From: Catajapyx aquilonaris
Lineage: Eukaryota
DNA: 50,817 nt
NCBI GenBank assembly: GCA_000934665.2
Contig: KZ538737.1
Span: 1-50,817, forward strand
Direction: 5' to 3'
Positions 35,101 to 46,969 of this stretch are shown piece by piece. The notes beneath the pieces were generated by a model. The model searched no databases and was not told the DNA's origin. It worked only from the letters and a program-made list of their open reading frames with translations. Positions within the stretch are counted from its first letter, which is position 1. Every line of letters begins with the position of its first letter. The position numbers and the translations under genes were made by a program.

Positions 35101-38100
35101 CAACATGCACCAAGCAGTAGTTGCCAGATAAGTGAGATCACATGGATCTGGTAACTTGTATCAGGCAGTGGTTGCCAGGTGTTGCGGAAATGAGTAAGGT
35201 AGCAGACCACATTCGTCTGGCTACCTTCACTAGGCAATAAGGGAACCTGCTGCATCTGGCAACCTGTACTAATGTACTATGCAATACGGCAGCAACTTGA
35301 AGGTCTGCATATGGCAACCTGAAGATATGCCTATGGCAACCTTCACTAGGAAATAAGGGAGCATCCATTGCATCTGGAAACATTCACCAGGCAATAAGGG
35401 AGCATCCATCTGCATCTGGCAACATTCACCAGGCAATAAGGGAGCATCCCTCTGCATCTGGCAACCTGTACTAAGCAATAAAGCAGCAACTGAATCTGCA
35501 TATGGCAACCTTCACCAGGCAATAAGGGAGCATCCCTGTGCATCTGGCAACCTGTACTAGGCAATAAGGGAGCATCCCTCTGTATCTGGCAACCTGTACG
35601 AGGCAATAAGGCAGCAACCTGTAGGTCTGCATATGGCAACCTGAACATTTGCATCTGGCCACCTGTATAGGCAATAAGGGCGCATACCTCTGCATCTGGC
35701 AACCTGTACAGGCAATAAGGGAGTATCCCTCTGCATCTGGCAACCTGTATAGGCAATAAGGGAGCACCCCTCTGCATCTGGCAACCTGTATAGGCAATAA
35801 GGGAGCATCCCTCTGCATCTGGCAACCTGTATAGGCAATAAGGGAGCATCCCTCTGCATCTGGCAACCTGTATAGGCAATAAGGGAGCATCCCTCTGCAT
35901 CTGGCAACCTCTATAGGCAATAAGGGAGCATCCCTCTGCATCTGGCAACCTGTATAGGCAATAAGGGAGCATCCCTCTGCATCTGGCAACCTGTATAGGC
36001 AATAAGGGAGCAACCTGTAGGTCTGCAGTATCTGCACTGCATATGGCAACCTGAAGATTTGCATATGGCAACCTTCACCAGGCAATAAGGGAACCTTTTG
36101 CTCATGATGTATCCCCAGAGAATGATGCAGTAAATGTTACGCACTGCAACTGGTTGCTATGCATTTCATTAGTCCTATCATGACGCAACGAAGATAAACG
36201 ACCTTTTTACACTTGAGCGCATGGCAACACGTCACTTTTATCTGTTTTCAGCTCCCCCCCCATACAGTTTTTATCTCAACTGATTTGACCGCTGGAGTTT
36301 TGAAAAATTATTAAAAAGTGGTCATGGGGACACGCACACATGTAATGCGTGGTCGTGTGATCACGGAAGCTGACCTTGCGACACACACACACACGCAGCT
36401 TACGGGACTTTTTAGCATAGAGAGGTCCATGGACCTGCTTTTTTTTATTTACCAAAGAGATGGTACATTTTTGTGCAAGGTCGCCACTTTTTGTTGACAT
36501 GAGGGCGAGGTCACCCTGATGAATCCTTGAGGTCATCATTTTTTTTTAAATGTGTGGCAACCGATTTATTTAAAAAAATCTTTACATATATATAAATCAT
36601 AACGTTTGTATGTCCGAGCTACACCGATGTCTTACAAATGTCTTCGTTCATTTATCAATACCCATGCGAAGAACTAGTAATGAAGTAAAGGCGAATTGAG
36701 GGCACTGATTACGCTATAATGCAAAGTTGATTGTTATTGCCTTGAATGGTATTAGTGATGGATTTTTTTTGGGGGGGGGGGGAGATTAGATTAACATAAT
36801 TGGATGGATGCAAAATTAATGATTGTTGGAAGGTATCATTTGACACTAGCCGTGTAAAGAAAGTGGCTGCGTCCAGGGAAGAAGGTTTCTACATTCTGTT
36901 TCCCCCCAGCATCCGTCTATCAATCTATCCGCAGACAAATTGGTCCTGTCGATATTGTCACGTTCAGCCCCATTTTCTGCACTTCAAGGAATTGATGCTA
37001 TTTGCTATACCTTGTGTTTTTAGAGGTTCCTTCTCTTCTGTTTGGGGGGTGGGGGGGGGGGGTGAGGATATACAGACGAAATTGTGGCAAAGTATTGATT
37101 TTGAGGAGGGTCGACGAGATGGCCAAAAGGGGTTTTGAAGGGGAGGGTTTGCTTTGATGAGAGAAGAGAAACGACAGAAACTGTATTTGTGTCGGGGCAA
37201 TGGCCTCACCGCCACAGACTGAAACCTCAGATTAACTGATTGGCTTGCTTCAAGCGAATGAAATAAAATTTTGCGTTACTAATTTTCATCAATTTGTGTT
37301 TTCAGCGTGTGTGCTTCCCGTCGTCACAGAATGGCCATGGACATGCGTTCAACTTCAGCACTGATCCCGAGGCGCTGCAGGGTACGTTTGAGTGCATCCA
37401 GCAGTGCGGCTCCAGGTCCCTGGAGTCCCTCGGGACACTTCCTTACAAGCTGCGGGTTCATGCCAAAGAAGACATATACGAGGCCACCAGGCAGAGGATG
37501 GCAGTGGTCGAAGAGGAGAAGAAGACCAACTGGTGGGTTATAATTTAGATTTGTTCACCTCTCCGTCAGGGTTTAAGCTAAGGATTTCAGTTGTTGTGCA
37601 GATGCCTTGAACTCAATTTGAGAGAGAAAATGTCACAAACATGAAAGTTGTTTCTGATGGTTGGCTCAATAACAAATGCCCCTTGCCGCACCTCTTTGTA
37701 AACATACAGCATTGTGCAGTGAGAGACATGAGTCGTGCACTTGCAATTCATTATCCTTCCACATATTGGATGCGTGGAAAAGTAGAACATGTATTGTCCT
37801 GATAACCTTTTTTCCCCTGTGTTATCGCTTACGAGTACAGGTTGCTTCTGAAGTAAAGGCATTGCTTGTGATGATGTGAAACACGTGTAGCACTGGCCTT
37901 TTTTTTCTCTCCAACGGCCCATTGTGTTGGTATCTCTTTAACTGCACATGCAACAATGGCAGATGACGGGATATTTTCCCAGCGCAACAATGAACGCGGG
38001 ATATGACCCTGCAATTTTTTCGGGATGTGTCATGGTTTTTTGACCCGCAGCACCAGAGTCATCAAGCCCACCACAGCAACGATTGGGAGGACGGTGAAAG

Positions 38101-40191
38101 TGAAGAAAGGCGGCGGGACCCACCACCCGTCGTCTTCGTTGTCCTCCCGCCAACAGCAGTTGGAGCAGCAGTCTCCGTTCAGTGCCAACAAGCCAGCCAA
38201 TCTGCCCTCCAAGCCGCCCCATCCATTATTGCCATCCAACAATGGAATGTACCAGACTAATGGATACCACCACAGCAGCAGCCACCATCACCATAGCAGC
38301 AACCACCACCAACACAGCAATGGCCACCACAACTCCTCGCAGCACATGGCCAGCAACGGGGCCTTCGGGATGTCCAAGTCGCAACACGCCAACGGGGTTA
38401 TGCCCAAGACTGCGAACCCCGAGATCATGAAGCGATCCATAAGGTCAGTACTACATCCCATACACAGGCAATTAAACGATGCAATAACGACTTAATTATT
38501 TCAGGGATCGCATGATCCACCTGATGGCCGTCAAATCCTACAAGAAGCCAGAGCTTATGATGCGACTTCATAAAGGTACGCAGTATTGGTAGTGTATGCG
38601 GATAACGAATAATGTGGCGGATTGTTGCAGATGGTATGCGTGAAAAGGACCGCAAGGCAGTGATGCCCACCCTGAAGCAAGTTGCCTTCCTGAAGGACAA
38701 CACATATCAGCTTCTCCGTAACGTGTGGAACGACGTATCGGAGGACTGGCCCTTTTACAACGAGCAGGACAAGCAGCTTCTGAGGAGGTACGGACAAGGT
38801 TGATTGCTTTTGAGAAAATTGGTTACATGCTTAACTATTATTTCAGACGGAAACCTCAAAACCTGACCCCTCCTGGGAGCGACTCTGGCGGCAGCAGCCA
38901 CTCGCCTCTCGGCGTCCCCAACAATCATCACCATCACAGTGGCAGCCACCACCACAACAGCAATCATCACCAGCCTCACCCGCCTGCTGTCACACCGCAA
39001 CAGTCCAGTCCGCCAGGGCAGAAGCGGCCGCCCCCGTACTTCGAATCCGTAGACGGCCTCCCGACTAAGAAGGCCCGGATCTCCCACTACCGGAAGCCTG
39101 TCGAGAACGGGATCAGCAACGGGCCGCTTAATCCGAAAGCCAATGGACGCGTGGTGGCCAATGGGAAGTGTGATCCTTTATCAGGCAACCATGTGAACGG
39201 GGCGTCACCTCCGTTGGACAGGTGTCGAGGACCCGACCAGCGGTGGAGCGGAGGCGTTGTTAGCGGAGGAGGTGCCAATAATGGTGGTGGTGGAACGAGT
39301 GTTGTTGCCAACGGTGGTTTGTGGAACAAGTGCAGCCCGCTCTCCTCGGCCAGTGGAGGGAGGGACACTCCAAACCCGAGTCCGGAAGGTGTGGGGAACA
39401 GTGCAGTTGGATTGAGTGCGGGAGGGGATGGTGGAAGTGGCGGGGAGGGTAACAGTGATAGCGGAGGGGTAGTGGAAGGCGGAAACACGAAGCAGGCAGT
39501 GTCGTCGGAGTATCCAGAGTATCTCACGTAAGTCCATACATGCGGGGCAGGACATGAATAAGAGCTGACCTAAATATCCATCTCCGTACAGGAACTACAC
39601 GACAATCCGTAAGGCTGAACAGCGCAGTAGGTACAAGGCAGACTTCAACGCCTGCTACAGCGAGTACCGGGAGCTACATGCACGGGTGGAGAAGGTGTCC
39701 AAGAGGTTCATCTTGCTCGAAGAGCAGCTGAGGAAGGAGAAGAAGGGGACTGATGGATGGAAGGTCAGACACGCACCTTTGTTTGCTTCCTACTCTAGTT
39801 ACCCTGAGGGGATACACTAGTCCCAACCAGTTCTTATCTAAACGTTACCGATCCTAACCTGTCCGTAGCAATTACGGGCCTCCAGTCTTTACGAGTATTC
39901 TTAAGCGCCCCCTGGGAATGGATAAACGTGACCGATCCTAACCTGTCTGTAGCAGTTTGGCTTTAATCCGTCCAAGAGTCTTTACAAGTTCCGAGAAATC
40001 TCAATTGCGAGTTGTTAATGATAACGTTTTCTTACCGACAGCGGGTGAAGGACCAAATAATGCGCGAGTACCAGGCAAACAAGCAGAACCGTCAGTACCA
40101 AGAGGACAAGCGCCGCTTCCAGTATCTCCACGAGAAGCTCTCCCACATCAAACGACTGGTTCTGGAGTACGACACTAGCCACATGCACTAG
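10150..40191 (+). CDS. ELL: RNA polymerase II elongation factor ELL, ~700 aa
   Basis: Exons 10150-10353, 18134-18181, 37306-37532, 38051-38443, 38505-38575, 38631-38787, 38847-39527, 39592-39763, 40042-40191, all GT-AG and phase-consistent. ELL N-domain (MAALAEG..VFVKLTDSALKAIE, PTIQFLGNEG, GTFECIQQ, YEATRQRM), central RDRMIHLMAVKSYKKPEL...EDWPFY, C-terminal Occludin/ELL domain (QRSRYKADFNACYSEYRELH...YLHEKLSHIKRLVLEYD). Confidence 0.95.
14855..15051 (-). mobile_element. Short non-autonomous Helitron-like element, with a partial sister copy at ~14785-14850
   Basis: The minus strand begins TCACATATAAAAAAGGCAAAGTTTGTTTGTC and ends ACGGGCTCCCCTGCTAG|T; the adjacent fragment repeats the same 5' end. 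Confidence 0.55.
16582..16676. mobile_element. 95-bp palindromic MITE (PIF/Harbinger-like), second partial inverted copy at 16727-16780
   Basis: 32-bp perfect TIR GGTACTATAACACGCAAAAAGATTGTCGCACT / AGTGCGACAATCTTTTTGCGTGTTATAGTACC; the partial copy is preceded by TTA. Superfamily assignment is tentative. Confidence 0.75.
16806..17549. mobile_element. Non-autonomous TIR element with internal GCTGTATCCGCTGAAGATGG repeats and GGTTAGGTT motifs
   Basis: ~42-bp imperfect inverted repeats (TCCGGATGCATATAGGCAAACCCCAAGTGGTCCCCGCAACCG / CGGTTGCAGGGACCACTTGGGGTTTGCCAATATGCCATCCGGA); no clear TSD. Confidence 0.65.
17123..17432 (-). mobile_element. tRNA-derived SINE (Talua/Deu-domain-like) with (ATT)n tail, nested in the TIR element
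   Basis: Minus strand: tRNA-like head with A-box-like TGGAGTAGGGG and B-box-like GGATCAAATCC, body GTGGTTTTCTGTGGTTTCCC...CCAGGAAAATTCCGG...AGGCCACAGCCGCTTCCTTCC typical of arthropod SINEs, ending in an (ATT)n microsatellite. Confidence 0.78.
18930..19545. repeat. CAAGATGGCCGC tandem-array element, copy 1 (~54-bp subunits; Helentron/HINE-like candidate)
   Basis: Head GTCAACTTTGATTCTATTTGAATCACAA..TGTGCCCAACT followed by about 10 subunits AAAATCCAAGATGGCCGCGATTGCACTTGCAGTGTGGCCAGATGG. Confidence 0.8.
20095..21075. repeat. CAAGATGGCCGC tandem-array element, copy 2, interrupted by a foldback MITE
   Basis: Same head sequence (20101-20150) and same subunits as 18930-19545. Confidence 0.8.
20286..20696. 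mobile_element. ~410-bp foldback MITE
   Basis: Ends ATAAGAGGCGCAAAC / GTTTGCGCCTCTTAT; the arms stay complementary for ~170 bp (e.g. CAACGAGGTATAAATAGGGTACAGGCA / TGCCTGTACCCTATTTATACCTCGTTG). Confidence 0.8.
25627..25867. other. Assembly gap (241 N) flanked by poly-G runs
   Basis: Run of n between G homopolymers; ORFs that span it are artefacts. Confidence 0.98.
26280..27115. repeat. AT-rich degenerate tandem repeat (~90-170-bp spacing)
   Basis: Recurrent GTGGACCAAAAATGGCGTATGCACAATAAACATGA.CGTCAC.TTTTAATAAATATTAAT at ~26289, 26426, 26564, 26651, 26820, 26929. Confidence 0.8.
28105..28835. repeat. AT-rich degenerate tandem repeat (~60-75-bp unit)
   Basis: Recurrent AAATTAGTAAGGT.TGCAATTTTTG ... 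AATTGGTGCACATTTTAAATT. Confidence 0.75.
32940..33239 (-). mobile_element. 300-bp non-autonomous Helitron
   Basis: Minus strand A|TCTATATAAATAAAG..(TCTG)n 5' end; 3' hairpin CCCGGGCAACGCCGGG then CTAG|T; inserted at an A|T site with no TSD; internal inverted repeat at ~33097-33193. Confidence 0.88.
35200..36095. repeat. 41-bp satellite (AGGCAATAAGGGAGCATCCCTCTGCATCTGGCAACCTGTAT)
   Basis: Exact 41-bp period at ~35670-36010, degenerate outward; produces the repetitive minus-strand ORFs. Confidence 0.93.
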
Positions 40192-43100
40192 CCTTTTCCT
40201 TGGACGGGGACGGCCTCCTTGATTCTTCAGCATGTGTGAACAGCACTTGACATGTCCTTTCTTTCGATCACAGAGCCAGACAACGTTTGGCTCTTGAAAG
40301 AAAACAGGAAAACACACCATCCCTGGTAATTCCTTCCCTTTAAAAAAAAAAACGAAAACCCCGTCAAGAAACTCTGTGCCAGATGACGACTGATCTAAGC
40401 AAGACAAGCGATAAATGTATGTTGTATATATCAAACTATATGCATGCATATGTATATAATATACAAACAAAAAATTTAGGAGAGATGGAGGAAAATCATG
40501 CTTTATGACCAAACTTTTTTTTTTTTGTAAAAGGGGGGGTTAAGCATTAACGAAAAGAGAGAGAGAGAGAGAGAGAGAGAAAAATACCGGTAACGGATTT
40601 TTTCAAGTTCTGTTATTTAAAGTTTATGGCTGCTAGTTTTTTTTTCTTCTGAAACTTGCGGCTCCCTCAAAATTAAAAAAAAACTCCATTTTTTCCATGC
40701 CAAAAAAAAAAGTATATACATGAAAATCTCTAATAGGATTTTTTAAAACCGATTATTGAAAACCTCCCATGTGATCTGTGGACTTTAGAAAAAGGCAAAA
40801 AAAAATATTTAAAAAATCACCAATTCCTATCCCCCCCCCTGCATTTTNCAGAAAGTCTTTTTTTGTAGGACTTGCTCCCTTTTTTTTAAAAGAAAAAAAA
40901 ATATGATTAATTATTTTTTACTTATTTCCTGTGATGATGCATGCTGGTGCGGGTGGTGGACAATGCATTCCACATTTAATTATTATTAAAAGTTAATTGA
41001 AAACGACGAGGGACTGACTATATTATAAATCATGCACTCTCAAGACACAAATGCACGGCAATTTGCAAACGTAAACGAATCAACAATTTTTTTGAAATGC
41101 AATGTAAGTCATATCAGGTCTCAAGCAATATTTGGTCGTAGCCCAAACGACAGATGCAAAGTTGTTGTCCCAAATGCTGTCAAAATGCAAAAAAAAAAAT
41201 ATTATTTGTCGTCATCGTTTTTGTTTGTTTGCTGTGAGGGTGGGGAAAGCAACAATCCCAAGCTCAAAGTGCCTGGTCCAATTGCTGTCTTAAAAAAAAA
41301 ATAATTTGTAATCGTCCAGATCACACTCGCACAACACATACACAACACGTACACGCACATACACAATGGTCCGTTAGCTGGAACAGTGAGAATGTCCAAC
41401 TTGCAAATTTTTGTCGACGGAAACCAGGGCATGAAAGTAAAATTTTATTTCCACACTGTCACATCCGCTATAAAAAAAATCAAGACAATTCTTTCCGTAC
41501 GTAAAATGTTGGTGACATTCCAGCCGTTTATGCATGTCAGTTGTGACAATCTCATCGAAAAACACTGCCTTTCAACTTAAGCCAAAAACGAAGCCATCAG
41601 ATTTCCTGCGGTGTCACTAGATTTTGAATCAACAATCTCATTGTTACAGTATAATTAATGACTGAACATTTTACATATTTATCGAGGTGTTTTGTTACAC
41701 CTTGTTCTTCCACTTCCCTCTCCTTCCCCCCTCGCACACATAAGACATACGACACAAAACCCAAACACAAAAGTGCCAATTTAAAAAAAAAAAAAAAGGT
41801 TTACTACTTCGCTATCCTGTCAACTTTGTTTTTTTAATTTAAAAAAAAAAAAACGCCGCGGACAGCAAGAAAAGGACGGTTGTGATTTTTATTTCGTCGT
41901 CTTCAACATGTGTTTTCTCACTTTTTTTTTTTTCTCCCTGATAACGAGCAAATATTGAGAGAAGTTAATTGCAATGCGACTGTCTAGTCTTTGTTGGTAG
42001 CGTCTCTTCCTGAAAGTGTGCGAGCATGTGTTTAAATGTGTAAATGCATTTTTTTTTTTTTGACATGTGTCTTAAAACTGTTTTAATTTTAAAAAAATTC
42101 TGAAATTGCCTCCTTCTTACCCTGCCCTGACCTTTGACCCACATGATGTGTTCCTCATTATTATGCAAAAATACCCACTCAGCACACACATACACACATA
42201 CACATTTACTTTGCATTTTTCCCCATGGTTTTTTGGATGCCGACTGGAACGGATAACGACCACACGAATTTGTATAGTCTTTTTTTTTTTTTAAATATAC
42301 CCCTCCATTATGTATCTTCAATTTTTTTGAGTCTTTAAAAAAAAAAAATTACATATGAAAATATTCCAGGGTTTATTAGAGTTGGGGATAAAAATATTAC
42401 TCACGAATGCAAATAAAAAGCGCCAAAAAAAAAACTGAAAAAAATAATGTTTAGTACAAGGGAAACTTTCTGGACAGGAAGTAACTGAGATGTCTGGAAA
42501 GCTACGAGTCAAATGACTGCCCAAAAATTTTCTATGTACTGTACACACTTAATATAATTTTATTTTTCTTCTCCGTATCATGCGGACATTTTTTTTTTAC
42601 AGGACAACGTTTGTCCTACGTAATCATGTTTTTACACGCATTTTATTTTGATGTGCATAAGTGCTCAAAACATTTTTCCAGACGTCTCATTTACTGCATA
42701 ATTATTTTGGAAGTGAAATGTACTTAGCTTTTGGTACGCACAGGAGAAGAACAAAAAAAAAAAAAATGTCGGCCTGTCCACTACATGTTCCTTTTAAAAA
42801 TAAAAAAAGTTTTTTTCGTTTCTTTCTGCTGTACTCAAAACAAAAAGGTAAAAAAAAAAATCTCGAAAATGCAAAGAAAAGCATACAGAAAAAAATGAAA
42901 TGCTCTTAAAATCAATGTGATCTATGCAACACAAATTTTTTTTTCTCACTTTTTTGTTTTTTTTCCCATCCCAAATCTAAAACCCCCCCAAAAAACTTTG
43001 TTGTGATGCCCATATTTTTTTTTTACCCGCCCGACAAAATATTGCCTCTTTAAACTAATGACTGTACATAAGCTTGTATGAAAGGTGTTGTAAGTACAGT

Positions 43101-43670
43101 GTAAAGTTACCAACTTATTCCCATCCTATCCTTTCCAAAAAAAACAAAAAAAAATTACCCGCCCACCCACCACCCACAAAAAAAAATCAGCATTTTTTTG
43201 TACATTTCGCTTGTGGTTTAAAAAAACGAGCGGTCAGACTTTTTTTCTTTAAAAAAACTTTTTTTTGAAAAAGGACTGCTACTCAAAAAATAATGTAGAC
43301 GCCAAAACATATGAGAGAAAATGTGACAACATGTTCCAATGATGGTCCAGCCCCCTCGCCCCTTTCTCTTGTGTTCCCCTTTCCCCACCCTTGAAGATGG
43401 TGTCAAGAAAAATGTTTGTTTGCAAAGTGGCAAAACTTGTGGATAAAGTTTATTATTAAGAGGTGTGTGAACCCCACCCCTTCCCAATTCCCCCCACCCC
43501 ACACTCCTTAAATGGACATCAATTTTTTTTTTTTGCACCCGACGGTGCGAAATAACAAGTGGTATACAGGTTCCAAGTGACACATTTTTTTGTGGCTGCT
43601 AAGCATTCATTGTCTAGCAAAACAGAATATTGTACTGTACATGTGCAGAATAAATGAACATAATATTATA
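40192..43670 (+). other. Probable long 3'UTR of ELL
   Basis: A/T-homopolymer-rich, no recognisable TEs or credible ORF; AATAAA at 42412, ~42799 and 43649; Pumilio-type TGTAHATA at 40423, 40451, 43063. Confidence 0.55.
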
Positions 43671-44838
43671 TTGTGGCAATTATGAAAAAAAAGAAAGATG
43701 TCGCACTCGTTGCATTTTTTTTTAGCTAATTTAAAGCCAGGTTCCTTCTATTCCAGGTTGTGCCCTGCTTATCTTAAGCAGCTCCTTAACAGAACTTGGG
43801 TATAAAAGCAACCATATAGTTTTAGGTGAAATCCTTCCCATGACAGAGGAAGAAGAAGGAAATGGCGGACTGTGTCTGGGGCTGTCAGGTGTAAAGCAGC
43901 ATGGGATCTCCCTTTGCTGCTGGTCTGCGGTGGCTTGCCAGCGAGGGTGCAGGAGTGGCTGGACTTACATTTGCTGGATCCGCTGTCTCGGAGGAGGGAA
44001 AAGGACGAAAGCGGAGACGAGGACGAAAATGATGATGGGCCGTCATGAGGAAAGTAGTGGACTGCATGAGGACGATGGGACAGGAGGGTGATGGATGCGC
44101 GTTGGCATGGGTTGGTAGGGGATCTTCTGGACTCGGGTTGATCTTATCCTTGGTTGTCTTTCAAGTTTAGTTCACATAAGTAAGTAGTCACGTAATTTAG
44201 TCATCGTACGCTGTAACTTCACTGGATCAGATAGCTCAAGTCGTGGCTCAAAGTTTGTAACATGTAACAGAATAATTTACTGTACCTAATTGGAATATAC
44301 ATCACGGCTTATGGGACTGCATGATATAATATGGGTGCAGGGCATTACTAAGTTGGGTCACCCCAAAGACTCTGACATGTCCCTCAGCATCATGAGCAAG
44401 GTGGGCAGCCCCTGAGTCATATTGGCTGCCAGTTTCTTTGGACGGAATGAAAATAATCATCTTCAGCAATGCAGATTCAAATGAGGTTGGGGGTTGTTTT
44501 TTTTTTCATTTTTTGTAATTGAGTAAACATTCTGCCAGCAAAAATGGCAAAAATTATACATACAGTATATGGCATCAAGGTAATACAGTATAATAAGATA
44601 AATACGAAATTTAACCAATACAGCAAGTGTTTTTATTAATAACTACCCGTGTTTTTACATTTGCTTTTGTTCTTGAATTAATGTGTAAAAGTTGCAAATT
44701 AAACTTCTCATACGTACGCAATCTGTTTTAAAAAACAAACATGGGGCCGACTGAGACCAGAGAAGAATTGAATGAGCGCCTAGCTACAGCAGCGGAATCC
44801 ACCATTTCCATAAGTGATTTAATTTCCGCGGCCAATGT

Positions 44839-45083
44839 CAGATATTCAACACTAGGTGGCTACTACACCTATTGAGGACAGATCAGCCCTCGGACACTTA
44901 TACTACATTCTGTTCTTATCGCCTGCTGGGGCGTTTTGCAGGAGCATGCCAGTGCTCTGAAATGTCTCATGGCGCTCTCAGGTGAGCACCTCCTGCAAAA
45001 CGCCCCGGCAGGCGATAAGATCAGATTGTAGTATAAGTGTCCGAGGGCTGATCTGGCCTCAGCCACCTAGTGTTGAATATCTG
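44839..45083. repeat. Foldback (quasi-palindromic) element, copy A
   Basis: Arms CAGATATTCAACACTAGGTGGCT...GGGGCGTTTTGCAGGAG and CTCCTGCAAAACGCCCC...AGCCACCTAGTGTTGAATATCTG; homologous to 48386-48958. Confidence 0.85.
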
Positions 45084-45796
45084 CAAAACGCTCCTGCAAA
45101 ACGCCCCGGCAGGGGGTGGGTGGGAGTGACCAGACCTGAGTATTCTGAGATCATGGGCCAGATTGTAATCATGGGATACCAACAGATTACAGTTCTGTTG
45201 GCATCACTGGTTGGCGCCAAATATTATTTTGCTGATGTCGACATATAATTATTATGGCAAAAATAAAATAAAAATAAGTTTGCAGTATATCTCATCAGAA
45301 ACTGTGCGCTAATTCATTCGAAATTATTAACACTGATGCACAAATTTTGACTTTTTCTGTCACATGTATAGCTAGGCTACCAGGAATAGAATTTTTTTCG
45401 CCGATTAAAAATATGCTTGCCAAATTTTGTCGATGATCCACAGTTTTTGAGTAATTTGAATAATTAATGATAGCAAAGAACTCTGAAATCTAACTTGGTT
45501 TGGTGAGTAATAGGTAAGGTGTTTATTACAAGATTTGTCACAGCTAAAACATATTAGTAGAACTCTGTAACAATAGCCTTCAAATCCACTATACTGCTGG
45601 GTATGAGCCAAATCCTCTTTCGCCCATCCATGATCGCGAGAAGTTCGCGGTTATATCCCTAGAAAATCAAGGCCTGCTTCCACATATTCTATTGTGCATA
45701 AGTTACATACTGTATTTATACGTATATATCGTGAACAATATGACTGTATTTATGTACAGGTATTCACAATAGATCATGCAGGTAGAAACGGGTAGC

Positions 45797-46309
45797 CTAT
45801 GTTAAACCATACTTATTTCGATAAAAATGAGCCATTTCCGCTAGCAACACCAGGACACAACCCAGGATGCCAAGAATCCACGTGTTGAAGATGGCTCCCA
45901 ACTTGTCCATTGTCATCACTTCATCTCGAACGTATGTCTTGGCAGCGATCTCTTCCGCCTCTAGGATCCTCCTCAGGTTGCGGAGGAAGTTCATGTACTT
46001 CTCGTGCTTGATGAAGGTGTCGAATAAATTGCTCTCCGCAGCCATGTCCACTACTTTTCTTTGAATGTGAAACAGTTGGGTTTGGCTTTTCGCAGTCGCA
46101 GCGAAGGCATAACCAGAGTAACTGTCGTCTTGGAGGTACTGAAGGTTCAAGGTCCCATCACTGCTCGTGTGAAGATACGTTGCTCTCTCAAGGAGAAGAT
46201 TCACGCCAACGCAGACAACGTTATGTTGTCGAGTATTGCGCAGACAATCCTGAAGAGTGCCCTTCATTTGCATACGCTTACATAACTCAACCACTGCGGG
46301 ATCTTGAGC
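45797..46309 (-). pseudogene. 5'-truncated ionotropic receptor duplicate (S2 lobe and last TM only)
   Basis: Collinear, at an offset of exactly 3600 bp, with the C-terminal ~170 aa of 49397..50817 (AQDP.VVE.CK...HEKYMNFLRNLRR.LEAEEIAAKTYVRDEVMTMDKLGAIFN.WILG). Homology stops abruptly at ~46309 and no upstream IR exon was found. Confidence 0.75.
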
Positions 46310-46969
46310 ATATAATATTGGTAAATTGGAGAGTCCCTTTAATGATCATGTAACGGCAATTTGCCCCATTTAATGCCCATCAATCAGAACACATTACACG
46401 CATCCCTGACCCTGCATCTGCTTTTCAACAGACCATGACTCCATCAAGTGGGCATCAATCGGTGTTTGCCCCGAATCCCTCTGTATAGCCGCGCCTCTTC
46501 GGCTGGAGCCCAGGGCCGCCCCCGGTGCTTCTCCGAGGGCGCAAATGGACCAAGGGCCAGCAAGATTAAGGCGGATCAATGTTTTTTGTTGCCTTTTAGC
46601 AATCATAAGTATATTACAAGAGCATTAACACTTGATGTTTTCCATAGGAAACTCAGTAGTAATCCTCCCGATGGTATCTTACTTCACCTTGTCGTGGTGC
46701 TGCAGCTTGCGTTTCTCCCATGACCCCAAGAGCTATGCCGGTGGTAGCTTTAGTGTACCCATGGATAGGACATGTCTTTGGGATAGGAGACAGACTAAGC
46801 GAGACACCAGTCTCTCTTCGTCTCTATCTCCATCTGTTCCCTCTGTCCTCCGTCCTCTGTCCTCTATCCTCCCGGGTCCGTCTCTGTCCTCTGTCCTCTG
46901 TCCCTCAGTTTTTAAGTATGTGTACACAAATGTTTGACATTACATGTGAGAATATAAATAAAATAACTA

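Noticed and set aside
35346..36085. 200-240 aa Cys-rich minus-strand ORFs
   Set aside because: Translations of the 41-bp satellite that cycle through all three frames.
37866..37950. C/D-box snoRNA candidates (GTGATGA at ~37868; also 40931 with CTGA at 41014)
   Set aside because: The first lacks a D box at a suitable distance; the second lies in the 3'UTR and has no terminal stem.
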